NCBI GenBank assembly: GCA_963716985.1
Contig: OY970323.1
Coordinates: forward strand, 1,088,001-1,152,000
Reading direction: 5' to 3'
DNA from: an uncultured bacterium
GTDB lineage: Bacteria; Chlamydiota; Chlamydiia; Chlamydiales; SM23-39
Length of the DNA stretch: 64,000 nucleotides
Position numbers and translations under genes: made by a program. Of this stretch, positions 40,938-53,823 are shown piece after piece; the first letter of the stretch is position 1, and every line of letters starts with the position of its first letter. The notes beneath the pieces are model-generated. The model had not been told where the DNA came from, did not search any database, and worked only from the letters and a program-made list of their open reading frames with translations.

Positions 40938-41666
40938 TCATTCTGCAATTGCGCGCTCTTCTTGGGATAGAAAATTTTCCGGTCGAGAAAGGTTTTCGTT
41001 GCTGAAAAGAAAGGGAAAACGAAAAAGCTTCGGAAGGGAATAGGGGTTGAGTAATTTCATGATTGTTTTGATGCCGAGCTGTTTGAAAATGGTTTGGAGC
41101 ATCGATTGGAAAATGGCTTTTTCGATCTGTTGGAAGGGGATGCCCGATTCATCTGAAATGTTCTGAAATTCCAAGTGGTCAATTGTAGGAATTTTTTTAG
41201 TTCCGCCTTTGATATCGGTGACGGTAACGTGAATATGATCGAAGACAAGGGATCGAATGAGATAGGGGCGGGAGCTCTTCTTTTTCTCCTTGCAGTTGGA
41301 GAGAATAAGCGTCCAATTATTCTGATCGCCTTTTGGGGTGAGAAATTCAATTCCCAGAAGAATGTCTTTGAAATGAATGCTTTCGATTTCCACCTTGTGT
41401 TGGAGTATCGAGCGAAGCGTTGCTTTGCATGAGATCTCTTCTACAAAAAGAGCATTGGAAATTTTGCAAGGGGGAATGTTGCGGACATGAAAATCGGAAA
41501 TCTCCAGGCCGCCTTTGTGAAAGAGAAGCGTTCTTATGGAAGCGGGCGCTCCTATGCTATTGGTGAGAAAAAAAGAGATCAGGGAGCTTCTTTGCACCCA
41601 GGCAAAAGCGCCAAGTAAAATGAGGATCAGCAGAAGGGCCAATAGAGAGAAAAGAATTTTTTTCAT
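40938..41666 (-). CDS. Hypothetical membrane-anchored protein (AsmA-like)
   Basis: N-terminal TM helix then beta-rich region. Confidence 0.6.
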   Translation of the reverse strand: MKKILFSLLALLLILILLGAFAWVQRSSLISFFLTNSIGAPASIRTLLFHKGGLEISDFHVRNIPPCKISNALFVEEISCKATLRSILQHKVEIESIHFKDILLGIEFLTPKGDQNNWTLILSNCKEKKKSSRPYLIRSLVFDHIHVTVTDIKGGTKKIPTIDHLEFQNISDESGIPFQQIEKAIFQSMLQTIFKQLGIKTIMKLLNPYSLPKLFRFPFLFSNENLSRPENFLSQEERAIAE

Positions 41667-41736
41667 AAGGGCTTTTTTTTCTTTATAGCAAAAAGAAAAA
41701 TTAAAGAAAGCTATTCTTGAAGAGGAGCGGAAAATA

Positions 41737-41771
41737 AAAACGACATCCCAAGAAATAGGGGATGTCGTTTT
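41737..41771 (-). terminator. Terminator downstream of groEL
   Basis: AAAACGACATCCC ... GGGATGTCGTTTT 13-bp stem. Confidence 0.75.
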
Positions 41772-41786
41772 GAAGAAATAGGCAGA

Positions 41787-43765
<1,979 letters not shown>

Positions 43766-43832
43766 AGTGGTTACCTCCATCGTTCAAGTAATGGTTAAAA
43801 TTATGCCGAAAGGTTTCTTTTTTTACAACAAA

Positions 43833-43859
43833 TTAGCAAATTTAAACAGAAACTGCTAG
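43833..43859. promoter_or_regulatory. Degenerate CIRCE (HrcA operator)
   Basis: TTAGCA-N15-TGCTAG, 27 bp, upstream of groES. Confidence 0.7.
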
Positions 43860-44019
43860 AATGCCGAGCAAAAGAATTTTTTTCAAGAAAAAAAATCAGC
43901 AGAAATGCTCTTCGTTTGCTAGTTTTCCTGCAAAAATAATTCTTGACCTTTTTCTCATCAATGGGTACTTGTAGTGCACAAGATTTGAAGCGCAATTCTT
44001 CTCTTTCAAAAAAAAGGAT

Positions 44020-45065
44020 ACGCGATGTGCGAGTTTTTCAAAGCAAAAAATCACACGTAAAAAAATAATTGAAAAATGACAAGTCCTTACTGCACACTGT
44101 TTTGCGACAAAACAACAACAGGAGTTCAGGACATGTCGATTGATGATTTTATCATAACCACCTTTTGTTTGATAGATGATGAGATGAAGAAGGTTCTTGC
44201 AGACGAGAAATTTCGTCAAAGAGGTCCCTCGCCTAGATTGAAAGACAGCGAGGTTATTACGATGGAGGTCGTTGGAGAATTTTTTGGAATGGACCGTGAC
44301 AAAACCATTTGGGAATATTTCAAAAGGCACTGGTTGCATTTCTTTCCAAATATTCCTGCACGTTCGAATTTTGTCAGGCAAGCGGCCAACCTTCATGTAG
44401 TAAAGCGATTGTTACAAGAGAGTTTAGCAACTGACCTACATGCTCTTTCTGATTCATTGCACATAATAGACGGGCTTCCTATTCCAGTTTGCAAATTTGC
44501 CAGAGCTCACTTTAGCAAAAATTTCAAGGGCGACGCTGCATATGGATATTGTGCTACAAAAAAAGAGCACTTTTATGGTTTTCGAGGCCATGTTGTCATC
44601 AGTTCAATAGGGGTGGTGACAGCAGCTACATTCGCCAAGGCAAACATTGATGAGCGCGATGTGTGTCCTGAGATTGTGGAAAAAATCGGAGGGCTTTTGT
44701 TGGGAGACAAAGGTTTTATACGACCTGGATTGAAAGAGTTGCTCAAAAAACAAGGGTTGTACTTGCAAACTTCGCTGAGAGAAAATATGAAAGATGAAAG
44801 ACCGAAGAAATTTTTGAAATGGCTGGTAGGGACTCGGCGACTGGTTGAAACAGTTATAGGGCAGCTCAATGATAGATTTCGGATTGAAAAAGTATGGGCG
44901 CGAGATTTATGGCATCAATTTTCAAGATTTTGGAGAAAATTACTGGCGCATACTGTCGGCATTAAACTTAATGTAAACGCAGGGAACGAGCCTTTACAGT
45001 TTGACCAGTTGCTTTGTTCTTAAAAGCATAGGCGATTTTTCGCTTTATAAACTCGCACATCGCGT
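44020..45065 (+). mobile_element. IS982-family insertion sequence, 1046 bp
   Basis: Perfect 17-bp TIRs ACGCGATGTGCGAGTTT; AAGGAT duplicated at 44014-44019 and 45066-45071. Confidence 0.93.
44133..45023 (+). CDS. IS982-family transposase
   Basis: LKDSEVIT, IIDGLPIPVC, GYCATK..FYGF, LLGDKGF, RRLVETV. Confidence 0.92.
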   Translation: MSIDDFIITTFCLIDDEMKKVLADEKFRQRGPSPRLKDSEVITMEVVGEFFGMDRDKTIWEYFKRHWLHFFPNIPARSNFVRQAANLHVVKRLLQESLATDLHALSDSLHIIDGLPIPVCKFARAHFSKNFKGDAAYGYCATKKEHFYGFRGHVVISSIGVVTAATFAKANIDERDVCPEIVEKIGGLLLGDKGFIRPGLKELLKKQGLYLQTSLRENMKDERPKKFLKWLVGTRRLVETVIGQLNDRFRIEKVWARDLWHQFSRFWRKLLAHTVGIKLNVNAGNEPLQFDQLLCS

Positions 45066-45077
45066 AAGGATGGAATT

Positions 45078-45395
45078 TTGAAAAGCCGGGGAAATCAATT
45101 TTTTTTATCCAAAACCGGAGACGGGAAGGTTTTGGGAATGTTCGTTGTGCAAAATGAGAAAGGGCTTCATACGAGACCTTCGACAGAACTGGTGAAATGC
45201 GCCGCCTCGTTTGATGCAAAAATTACTCTCTATTATCGCCATCATGTAGTCAATGGGAAGTCCCTTTTGGGAATTTTAATGCTTGCGGCCGAAAGGGGAT
45301 CAAAAATTAAAGTTGAGGCGATTGGCGAGGATGCCGAGAGAGCTGTGCGGTCCCTCTTGCAGCTGGCGCAAAATAAATTCAATATCAAGTATTGA
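45078..45395 (+). CDS. ptsH: HPr phosphocarrier protein
   Basis: NEKGLHTRP, NGKSLLGILMLAA; start codon uncertain. Confidence 0.92.
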   Translation: MKSRGNQFFLSKTGDGKVLGMFVVQNEKGLHTRPSTELVKCAASFDAKITLYYRHHVVNGKSLLGILMLAAERGSKIKVEAIGEDAERAVRSLLQLAQNKFNIKY

Positions 45396-45530
45396 AGGCT
45401 CCCTTTTAAAGATTGAATGTTTGCAGGACAATTTCATCAAAAATATTTTTAACTTCTTCGTAAGCTTCTGAATTGAGATTGTCAAATTTCAAGAAAAGAT
45501 TTATTGTTGCCGGAGAATCGCAGGTGGCGG

Positions 45531-46211
45531 ATGAATATCGAGAACATTAAGAGAGCCGTAGGTTGCAAAGCGGCTGAGCTTATAGAAGAAAACATGGTGG
45601 TGGGCATTGGATCCGGCACCACGGTCCATTATTTTATTGAGCATCTGGGCCAAAGATGCGACAGGGGGCTTTCCATCCGCGCGATTGCAAGCTCCCATGA
45701 GTCCGCAAGAAAGGCGATCGAGAAAGGAATTCCCCTGATTTCTCTCGAAGAGGTCGCAGCGATTGACATCACGGTCGATGGAGCCGATCAGATTGATCCT
45801 GAAAAAAGGATGATCAAAGGAAGGGGCGGCGCTTTTTTTCGCGAAAAAATGCTGGCCATGGTTGCGAAAGAAATGGTGGTCATTGTGGACGATGCCAAAT
45901 TGGTGCATCAGCTCGGGCATACCCTTCTTCCTGTGGAAATCGTTCCTTTCGGCTCTCATATCACGCAAAAAGTTTTAGAAACGATTGGTTACGAAGGGGT
46001 TTTTCGCAAACAGCAAGACGGCTCCTTTTTTCTGACCGATAATGGAAACTACATCTTCGACGTAAAGCTGCATTTTCTTTGCGACTATCCGGAAGAAGAT
46101 CACCATGAAATCATGCAGGTTTCCGGGGTGGTGGACACGGGGTTTTTCTTTGGCCTTGCAGGAAGGGTCATTGTAGGATATGACGATGAGAGAGTGGAAA
46201 TTTTAAGTTGA
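45531..46211 (+). CDS. rpiA: Ribose-5-phosphate isomerase A
   Basis: GIGSGTT, DGAD, KGRGGA, TDNGN. Confidence 0.96.
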   Translation: MNIENIKRAVGCKAAELIEENMVVGIGSGTTVHYFIEHLGQRCDRGLSIRAIASSHESARKAIEKGIPLISLEEVAAIDITVDGADQIDPEKRMIKGRGGAFFREKMLAMVAKEMVVIVDDAKLVHQLGHTLLPVEIVPFGSHITQKVLETIGYEGVFRKQQDGSFFLTDNGNYIFDVKLHFLCDYPEEDHHEIMQVSGVVDTGFFFGLAGRVIVGYDDERVEILS

Positions 46212-46219
46212 GAGTCTGT

Positions 46220-46474
46220 ATGGGTACAATCGAAGAGCGCAAATTATTTGCCGTTGAAGAAACAAGGTCGCTTGTGGCCAATGAGAGCGAAAGGACAAAA
46301 AAGGCACGAGAGAAAATAGAAAGGCAAAAGGAAGCGATCGCCGGGAGGATCTCTCCGGAATCCTTGCAAAAAAAGTCTTGCGAAATCCTGAGCCGGATTG
46401 TGAAAAATGCGCATGTTCGGGAAGCTCTAAGCGCCCTGCCCCTGATCTTTGCAAGAAAAAGTGAAATAGAGTAG
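46220..46474 (+). CDS. Small hypothetical charged helical protein
   Basis: ORF filling the rpiA-tyrS gap in the same orientation. Confidence 0.4.
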   Translation: MGTIEERKLFAVEETRSLVANESERTKKAREKIERQKEAIAGRISPESLQKKSCEILSRIVKNAHVREALSALPLIFARKSEIE

Positions 46475-46509
46475 CATTTTTTCCCAACCTGAAATTTAGG
46501 AATTCTTTT

Positions 46510-47781
46510 ATGAACGTCTATGATTGTCTCGAAAAGAGGGGGTTTATCGCGGAGGCCAAAAGCCCCGATCTTCGCAAAGCACTTGCGAGCCCCCTTTCTT
46601 TTTACCTAGGCTTTGATCCGACGGCCGATAGTTTGCATCTGGGCCATCTGGTCGGAATCATGGCCATGGCCTGGATGAAGAAATGGGGACATAAAACCCA
46701 CGCTCTGGTCGGGGGCGCTACGGGAAGAATCGGAGATCCTTCAGGAAAAAGCGTGGAGAGGCCTTTTTTGGAAGAGAAGATTATCGAGTCCAATGTGCAG
46801 TCGATTCATGCGTTCTTGGAAAAGATTTTGCGATCTTCAGACGGAAAAGACGAGGTGGTTTTCCTGAACAATAACGATTGGCTTTCTCGGTTTGGCTTCA
46901 TCGATTTTTTGCGCGATGTCGGAAAGCATTTCCGCATCAGCTCGATGCTTGCGAAAGAAAGCGTTCGTTTGCGCTTGGAATCGGAGGAGGGGATGAGCTT
47001 TACCGAATTTAGCTACCAGATCCTACAAGCATACGATTTCTACTATCTTTCCAAACATTATGGCATCACGCTGCAGCTCGGAGGAACGGATCAGTGGGGA
47101 AATATCACTGCCGGCATTGAGCTGGGAAGAAGGCTTTCCTCTCTTCCTCTCTATGGACTTACCTTTCCTCTTCTTACCCGAAGCGACGGCAAGAAGTTCG
47201 GCAAGTCGGAAGGGGGCGCTGTTTGGCTTTCCGCTCACAAGCTTTCTCCCTATCAATTTTACCAATATCTGATGGGCATTCCCGATGCAGATGTTCCGCG
47301 CATGATGGCCTTGTTAACTTTTATGGAAATGGGAGAAATTCAGGAAATGCAGCATCAGATGTCTCTTCCCGGATATGTTCCCAATAGGGCCCAAAAGAAG
47401 CTGGCCGAAGAAGTGACGCGATTCATCCACGGGGAAGAAGGGTTGAAAATTGCCCAAAAGGTCACCGAGACTGCGGCTCCAGGGTCTTCCGGTTCGTTGG
47501 ATGCGCAGAGTTTAGAAATGATTGCGCAAGATATGCCCCATGTTTCCATCCCGGCGAATGAAATCTTAGGACAGCGCTTTGTGGATGTTGCGGCCCGTCA
47601 CCAATGGGCGGGCAGCAAATCGGAAGCGGTGCGCCTGATTAAAAATGGGGGGGCCTATTTGAACAATATTCGCATCGACGATCCCTTTTTTCAATTTGAC
47701 TCAAGCCAGCTCATCGACAAAACATTCTTTGTCGTTTCGATTGGAAAAAAGAAAAAAATACTGGTCCGTCTCCTCTTTTGA
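46510..47781 (+). CDS. tyrS: Tyrosyl-tRNA synthetase
   Basis: GFDPTADSLHLGH, GGTDQWGNI, KFGKS. Confidence 0.98.
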   Translation: MNVYDCLEKRGFIAEAKSPDLRKALASPLSFYLGFDPTADSLHLGHLVGIMAMAWMKKWGHKTHALVGGATGRIGDPSGKSVERPFLEEKIIESNVQSIHAFLEKILRSSDGKDEVVFLNNNDWLSRFGFIDFLRDVGKHFRISSMLAKESVRLRLESEEGMSFTEFSYQILQAYDFYYLSKHYGITLQLGGTDQWGNITAGIELGRRLSSLPLYGLTFPLLTRSDGKKFGKSEGGAVWLSAHKLSPYQFYQYLMGIPDADVPRMMALLTFMEMGEIQEMQHQMSLPGYVPNRAQKKLAEEVTRFIHGEEGLKIAQKVTETAAPGSSGSLDAQSLEMIAQDMPHVSIPANEILGQRFVDVAARHQWAGSKSEAVRLIKNGGAYLNNIRIDDPFFQFDSSQLIDKTFFVVSIGKKKKILVRLLF

Positions 47782-47918
47782 TTTTTTCACCGGAGGCGGG
47801 TGTTGTTTTTGCTCATTTTTTCTGCCTCATTTTTTTTGTTGCAAAAAGTACTTGTGTGAAAATCCATGTGATAAGACAATGACAATCAGCATGAAGCATC
47901 AATATGGAGGGAGACCCT

Positions 47919-48227
47919 ATGGTCACCGTGACGAAGAAGGATCTGGTTCAAAAAATTGCGCAAAATCGGGGCATGCATCCCAATGATGTGCGCAATATCA
48001 TTCAAGCTTTTCTCGATTCCATGACCGATACGCTCACTAGTGGCGATCGTTTGGAATTTCGCGACTTTGGCGTTTTTGAGATTGTTGAACGCAAGCAAAA
48101 GATTGGACGCAACCCCAAAAATGCTTCGGTTCCCATTGTGATTCCTGCCAGAAAGGCCGTGAAATTCACTCCGGGCAAGAAGATGAAGGAACTCATCGAA
48201 AAAAAACCGATGGCCCCTTCTGTTTGA
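47919..48227 (+). CDS. ihfA: IHF/HU-family DNA-binding protein
   Basis: LEFRDFGVF, GRNPK, VKFTPGK. Confidence 0.88.
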   Translation: MVTVTKKDLVQKIAQNRGMHPNDVRNIIQAFLDSMTDTLTSGDRLEFRDFGVFEIVERKQKIGRNPKNASVPIVIPARKAVKFTPGKKMKELIEKKPMAPSV

Positions 48228-48240
48228 AAAGAGCAGCTCA

Positions 48241-49704
48241 ATGAAGTCTGCTCTTCTTGCCCAAAGTCAGAATTCACTCTCTCAGGAAGATGTGCTTTTT
48301 CAAAAAGCCGCACTTGGGTTTGTGCAAGGAAATTTGGTGGACCAAGAGGTGAGAACTCTTCTTCTCGAACGACTTCTTGGCCACGACATTTCTTCGATCC
48401 AAGACTATCTATTGTTCCTGAAAAAATCTCTCTCTCTTCTTTTTCTTTCGCGAAATGAGGATTCTTTTTTCGCCCAAGATTCTTGGGCTGAGATCATGCA
48501 AAAAATTTGCAAAAATGGTTTTTTTCAAAACTTCCCCTTGATTCAGGCTTTGCAAGATCTCATCTTCTTTTTTTTGAAACGATCGGAGGCTCTCACTCCC
48601 CCCAAGCTCTCGCCCCGAGGATGTCCTCTGATCGAGCCACTTTCCAACGAAAAAGAGAGGCCTCTTCCCGATCTTGAGAGAGGTTCTTTGCTGAGCATTC
48701 TCTGGTTTCTGCTGGGCAAAATGAGCGGAAAAGAAGAATGGGTTCAAGCTGCTTTTCGGATTGCAACTTGGTATCTGAAGATTTTGGATCAAAACTTTCT
48801 TCCTTTTGCCGCCCTTTGGAAAGAAGAGAGGAATTTTAGGGAAAAAGAGCTGCTCGTCACTCTTTTTTTGATGTTTGATGCGTTTGCGCCTGAGAATCAA
48901 CAAGAGCAGATGAATGTGGCCAAAGAGCGCATTTTGGAAAAGATCAACGCATCTCATGAAGAGGTTCCTCTTCCGTTTTTTTTCCTCTTATTAGGTCATG
49001 AAATCGATCGATGGAAAACGCCCTCTTTTGCCTCTTCAGAAAAAGAAAAAAAAGAAAAAATCTCTCTGGATCCCGATCTGCTTTTGGCCCTCTATTCCGG
49101 AAACCATCTGGAATCGGCCGTGACTTTTTTGGGCAACCGCTCCACTCTTGGAGTGATCCACGTCGGAGATGTGCACATTCGTTCTTTTGGGCCTCAATGG
49201 TTTCCGATCGGAGATCTCTCCCGTTTCGGCATTATGCGATTTCCTTTTTCGAAAGGGCTGCTCGGCGATCTGGAATGGAAGAAAAAAGAGAGAGGCTATT
49301 CGCTTCGGGGATGCGTAGCTCTAGCCGGAGGGGGTGGAGAGGATTTTTCTTGTTGGATGGATGTGAAAAACTTAGTCGAAATGGAGAAGTTTTCTCTAGA
49401 GCTGCAGTTTCATGGGGATTTCAAGGAAAGACTTGGCGTGGTGTTTTTTGTGAGTGCGAAAAGCGCTCTTGTGGAAGGGCAGATGGATCTTAAGAGCGAA
49501 ACGTTTCAACGATACGAGGGCTCGGTTCGAAAGGTCTCTTTTAAAGGAAAAGCGGCCTCTTTGGAAGTGCGCGCTCACAATCTTTCTTGCATGCATCTGA
49601 TTCCGCTGGGGCAAAGTAGAGCTTTTTGGGGATCCAATTTTTTACTTGCCTATGAGGTTTCCCCTGAAAATCCCGGGGCGTCGTTTCTCATAGAAAGAGG
49701 ATGA
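48241..49704 (+). CDS. Hypothetical protein (chlamydial ihf-accA interval)
   Basis: Long ORF in operon; FWGSNFLLAY C-terminus. Confidence 0.7.
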   Translation: MKSALLAQSQNSLSQEDVLFQKAALGFVQGNLVDQEVRTLLLERLLGHDISSIQDYLLFLKKSLSLLFLSRNEDSFFAQDSWAEIMQKICKNGFFQNFPLIQALQDLIFFFLKRSEALTPPKLSPRGCPLIEPLSNEKERPLPDLERGSLLSILWFLLGKMSGKEEWVQAAFRIATWYLKILDQNFLPFAALWKEERNFREKELLVTLFLMFDAFAPENQQEQMNVAKERILEKINASHEEVPLPFFFLLLGHEIDRWKTPSFASSEKEKKEKISLDPDLLLALYSGNHLESAVTFLGNRSTLGVIHVGDVHIRSFGPQWFPIGDLSRFGIMRFPFSKGLLGDLEWKKKERGYSLRGCVALAGGGGEDFSCWMDVKNLVEMEKFSLELQFHGDFKERLGVVFFVSAKSALVEGQMDLKSETFQRYEGSVRKVSFKGKAASLEVRAHNLSCMHLIPLGQSRAFWGSNFLLAYEVSPENPGASFLIERG

Positions 49705-49820
49705 GCCCTTTAAAATAAATCATATTTATTTAGAAAATTCTATTGGAATTCAATTCTTGCAAAAATCACTCCATTGACCAATAATTGCAGAAGAGAAAAA
49801 TAAGTTTTTAGGAGAGTATT

Positions 49821-50906
49821 TTGTCCGTGCGAAAAATTGTATTGATAGGCTCTTTAGCCCTTTTTAGTGTGCTTGCACTTGTCGGCCTGTTGAAAAGGCC
49901 CAAGAATGAGAAGCTGGCCCAGATCAAGGCAAGCCAGGTTCAGCAAGCAGTTGTGCAGAAGGAATTGGGGAACAAAAACACCTGTGAAAATTCTCATGAG
50001 GCCGCCTCTTTTCAAATGCAAAAGCATCTCTCTCAGCCCTTAGCGCAACTGCAGCCGGCAGCGGCGCCGGCGGTTTTGGCCAAAAGTCAGGAAGATTGTG
50101 GCAAAGCAGACAGGAAAAAAGAAGAGCTTCCGGATGCCAACCGCATCGAAGAGCTTTTCCTGATCGGCTCCAAGAATCCCGTTGTTGAGACGGTCTCCTA
50201 TTCCTCGCGAGTCCCTTGGATTAAAGGACGATCTGCCTGGCTTGCCGATTATGCTTCCTATTACCAAACAACTAGGCATTTCATTGCGCGAAGCCTGAAT
50301 CATAAGCCCGATTACTTTTCTCAAAAGATTGAGCCCGGCGATCGTTTCAACGTTTTCAAAAAAGATCGCGACATCTCCTTTCATCTTTTGATCGATCTTT
50401 CGCGAGCAAGGCTATGGTTTTACCTATTCGATAAAGACAGGAAAGAGAGACTTCTTTTAAAGACCTATGCTGTTGGGCTGGGCCGAAAAGATGCGCAAAA
50501 AATTTCGGGATCTTTGACCCCGGTGGGAAAATATTTTTTAGGCAGCAAGGTTGCGATTTATAAGCCGGAAGTTATGGGCTATTTCCAAGATCGCAAAATA
50601 GAGATGATTCGCGTTTTTGGTACGCGTTGGATTCCTTTTGAAAAAGAGATGGAAAATTGCTCTGAAACGGCCAAGGGATTTGGAATTCATGGCGCTCCAT
50701 GGGTGGAAGATGCCAAGACGCATCGTTTGATCGAAGATCGGGGGCAAATTGGAAAATATAACAGCGATGGCTGCATCCGCCTTGCCCAAGAAGATATCGA
50801 AGAGGTTTTTTCCATCGTGATCTCAAAACCGGCAATCGTGGAAATTGTCAAAGATTTCTACGATGCCGAGCTTCCGGGAAAAGAAGTGGACGGGCTTTCC
50901 CCTTAA
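49821..50906 (+). CDS. L,D-transpeptidase (YkuD-family) protein
   Basis: N-terminal TM; YAVGLG, TPVG, GIHG, SDGCIRL catalytic His/Cys. Confidence 0.82.
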   Translation: MSVRKIVLIGSLALFSVLALVGLLKRPKNEKLAQIKASQVQQAVVQKELGNKNTCENSHEAASFQMQKHLSQPLAQLQPAAAPAVLAKSQEDCGKADRKKEELPDANRIEELFLIGSKNPVVETVSYSSRVPWIKGRSAWLADYASYYQTTRHFIARSLNHKPDYFSQKIEPGDRFNVFKKDRDISFHLLIDLSRARLWFYLFDKDRKERLLLKTYAVGLGRKDAQKISGSLTPVGKYFLGSKVAIYKPEVMGYFQDRKIEMIRVFGTRWIPFEKEMENCSETAKGFGIHGAPWVEDAKTHRLIEDRGQIGKYNSDGCIRLAQEDIEEVFSIVISKPAIVEIVKDFYDAELPGKEVDGLSP

Positions 50907-50933
50907 AGTGGACCTTTTGAGGAACGTGAATTT

Positions 50934-51899
50934 ATGACGATTCTTTCCCATGAAAAACAGATCTACGAGTCTGAGGAGACGATTCGTCAGCTCAAAGAGC
51001 AGAATAAAAGCAATTCTCTCTGGTCAAATGAAGAAATTTTGCGCCTGGAAAAAAAACTTTTGGATCTTAAGAAAAAGGTCTATTCTCGCCTGAAGCCCTG
51101 GGAAAGAGTGACGATTAGCCGCCATCCGCAAAGGCCTCATACCTGTGATTATCTAGAACATTGCTTTGATGAATTTGTTGAGATTTTCGGAGACCGCTGC
51201 TTTGGGGACGATCATGCCATGATCACGGCTTTGGCAACTATCGAAGGAAAAAAATTCGTTTGCATCGGCCTGGAAAAGGGAAAGGATACCGAGACTCGTA
51301 TCTATCGAAATTTTGGCATGGCGCATCCCGAGGGATATCGTAAAGCTTTGCGGGCCATGCAGCTTGCGGCGAAGTTTCACTTGCCCGTGGTGACTTTTTT
51401 GGATACTCCGGGGGCCTATCCGGGACTTTCTGCCGAGGAGAGGGGGCAGGGGTGGGCGATTGCGAAAAATTTATGGGAAATGGCGCGTCTGCCGACCCCG
51501 ATCATCGTTCTTCTTATTGGAGAGGGATGTTCCGGAGGAGCTCTTGGCATTGGAATCGGCGATGTGGTTGGTATGTTGGAGCATGCCTACTATTCGGTCA
51601 TTTCTCCCGAGGGATGCGCGTCCATTCTATGGAAGGATCCTGCAAAAAATGGCGAAGCCGCTTCGACGCTGAAGATGCAGGCGGAAGATCTTTTGGAAAT
51701 GAAGATTATCGATGCGATCATCAAAGAGCCCCTCGGAGGAGCGCACCATGATCCCGCAGTTATCTACGACGGGGTCAAGCGATTTGTTTTGAATCAGTGG
51801 GAGTTTTTGAAAAAGGTTCCCATTTCCGATCTTTTGGATCGGCGTTATCAAAAGTTTCGAAAGATGGGACGCTATGTTCTGTTAGAGAAAAATTCATGA
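50934..51899 (+). CDS. accA: Acetyl-CoA carboxylase carboxyltransferase alpha
   Basis: [30 protein letters not shown]. Confidence 0.97.
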   Translation: MTILSHEKQIYESEETIRQLKEQNKSNSLWSNEEILRLEKKLLDLKKKVYSRLKPWERVTISRHPQRPHTCDYLEHCFDEFVEIFGDRCFGDDHAMITALATIEGKKFVCIGLEKGKDTETRIYRNFGMAHPEGYRKALRAMQLAAKFHLPVVTFLDTPGAYPGLSAEERGQGWAIAKNLWEMARLPTPIIVLLIGEGCSGGALGIGIGDVVGMLEHAYYSVISPEGCASILWKDPAKNGEAASTLKMQAEDLLEMKIIDAIIKEPLGGAHHDPAVIYDGVKRFVLNQWEFLKKVPISDLLDRRYQKFRKMGRYVLLEKNS

Positions 51900-53812
51900 G
51901 ATTGCTTCTATTAGCTGCTGTTCGGAGCAGCAAACACCTTTTCCTTGCCTGTGCGACTCTGGTCACGCTCTTCTGTCTCTCTGTGGCCAATACGGCCGAA
52001 ATGTTTGCGCTTGGCGTAATGGCCAATTCCGGAAGTGATTTCTTCGCCCTTTTCTCCAATAAAGAAGAGAAGCAGCAGGATCGGGTCTTTCTAAAAGAGG
52101 TGCAAGAAGATTGGGTGAAAATTGATCGGGGAAGCAAGGGATACATCACCAAGAAAGATGCAAATCTCTACAATGCAAACAATAAAAAGGGAGCTCCGCT
52201 CAATCGCCTTTTGAGTCAAATTTCTTCTCAATTTGACATTGAAAAGAATTTTCCAAAACTTATCTGTTTTCTCGTCGCTCTCGCTCTTTTTAAAGCCGTT
52301 TTCCTCTTTGCTTCCCGCTATGCAACGCAGCTTCTTTCTATTCGCGTGACGCGCGATCTTCGCCTGCAGTATTTTGCCCATATCCAGTCGCTTCCTTTGA
52401 GCTTTTATCACGAGCATAATTTGGGAAGCCTCTCCTCAAGGGCCGTGGGAGATGCAGGACAGATCGCAGCCTCGTTAAACTCTAGTCTGACCAATTATTT
52501 GCAAACGCCCTTCATCATCTTAAGCAATTTTATTGCCTGTTTTTGTCTTTCCTGGAAATTGTCGCTGGTGATTTTTTTCGGGCTCCCTCTCATTGTCTTG
52601 CCCATCGTTTTTTTAACCAAAAGGGTGAAAAAGGTTTCCCGTCAAATGCAAAAAAATCAGGAGAGCTTTACTTCCGTTCTCTTAGATTTTATTTCGGGAA
52701 TTCATACGGTTAAAATCTTTGCGATGGAAGATCTCTCCTTGGAAAAGTTCAAGAAGCAAAATGATCGCATGGCGCATCTTGAGAGCAAGAGCGCAAAGTA
52801 TAGTCTTCTCACGCGTCCGGTTTTGCATCTGATTTCAACGGCTTGCCTCTCTTTTGTTGTGATCATTGGCCTTTTTTATCTGCACATGGGCGTGGCGCAG
52901 CTCATCATGTTTTGCGGACTTTTACATCTTTTCTACGAACCTGTGAAGAAGTTTGCTGAAGAAAATGCCAATATTCAACGGGGGATTGTCGCTGCCGAGC
53001 GTATGTATGAGGTGCTCAATTTAACGCCGCAAATTCAGGATCGAGATGGCGCCTTTACCATGACCTCTTTTAAAGATGCTCTCGAATTTGACCATGTCAG
53101 TTTTCGCTATAAAGAGGAGTGGGTCTTAAAGGATTTGAGCTTTACCCTCAAGAAGGGCCAGACGCTGGCGATTGTAGGCCCGACGGGTGCCGGAAAATCC
53201 ACCATCGTGCATCTGATCCCTCGTCTCTATGATGTACAAAAGGGACAAATACGCATCGACGGCATTTCCATTACGGAGTATTCCCAAAAATCCTTGCGTC
53301 AGCAGCTCTCCTTTGTTCCTCAGCGGCCCTTCCTTTTTTACGATAGTATTTTAGAGAACATCACGTTCGGCAGGCCTTTTACCAGAGAAGAGGTGATTGC
53401 AGCCGCCGTAAGAGCTCAGGCGCATGAGTTCATCTGCAAACTTCCCTCGACCTACGATTGCGTGATTGCCGAAGAGGGAAAAACGCTTTCCGGAGGCCAG
53501 CAGCAACGACTTGCCATTGCAAGAGCTCTTGTGAAAAAGGCTCCCATTCTCATCATGGATGAGGCCACATCTGCGCTGGACGCTGTCAGCGAGAGCCGCA
53601 TTCGGACGGCTTTGAAAGAGCTGCGGGGCGAGATGACGCAGATTCTCATCGCTCACCGCCTTTCAACGATTGAAGATGCGGACAAGATTCTCTACTTGGA
53701 AAGGGGCCGGAAAATTGCGGAAGGCACGAAAGACGAGCTTTTGGCGACTTGTAAGGGATTTCGCGTGATGTGGGAGCATTTTCATCGATCGGACAAGAGC
53801 GCGGAAAAATAG
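51896..53812 (+). CDS. msbA: MsbA-like ABC exporter
   Basis: TMD plus [30 protein letters not shown]; follows accA. Confidence 0.8.
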   Translation: MRLLLLAAVRSSKHLFLACATLVTLFCLSVANTAEMFALGVMANSGSDFFALFSNKEEKQQDRVFLKEVQEDWVKIDRGSKGYITKKDANLYNANNKKGAPLNRLLSQISSQFDIEKNFPKLICFLVALALFKAVFLFASRYATQLLSIRVTRDLRLQYFAHIQSLPLSFYHEHNLGSLSSRAVGDAGQIAASLNSSLTNYLQTPFIILSNFIACFCLSWKLSLVIFFGLPLIVLPIVFLTKRVKKVSRQMQKNQESFTSVLLDFISGIHTVKIFAMEDLSLEKFKKQNDRMAHLESKSAKYSLLTRPVLHLISTACLSFVVIIGLFYLHMGVAQLIMFCGLLHLFYEPVKKFAEENANIQRGIVAAERMYEVLNLTPQIQDRDGAFTMTSFKDALEFDHVSFRYKEEWVLKDLSFTLKKGQTLAIVGPTGAGKSTIVHLIPRLYDVQKGQIRIDGISITEYSQKSLRQQLSFVPQRPFLFYDSILENITFGRPFTREEVIAAAVRAQAHEFICKLPSTYDCVIAEEGKTLSGGQQQRLAIARALVKKAPILIMDEATSALDAVSESRIRTALKELRGEMTQILIAHRLSTIEDADKILYLERGRKIAEGTKDELLATCKGFRVMWEHFHRSDKSAEK

Positions 53813-53823
53813 AGCAAACACCC

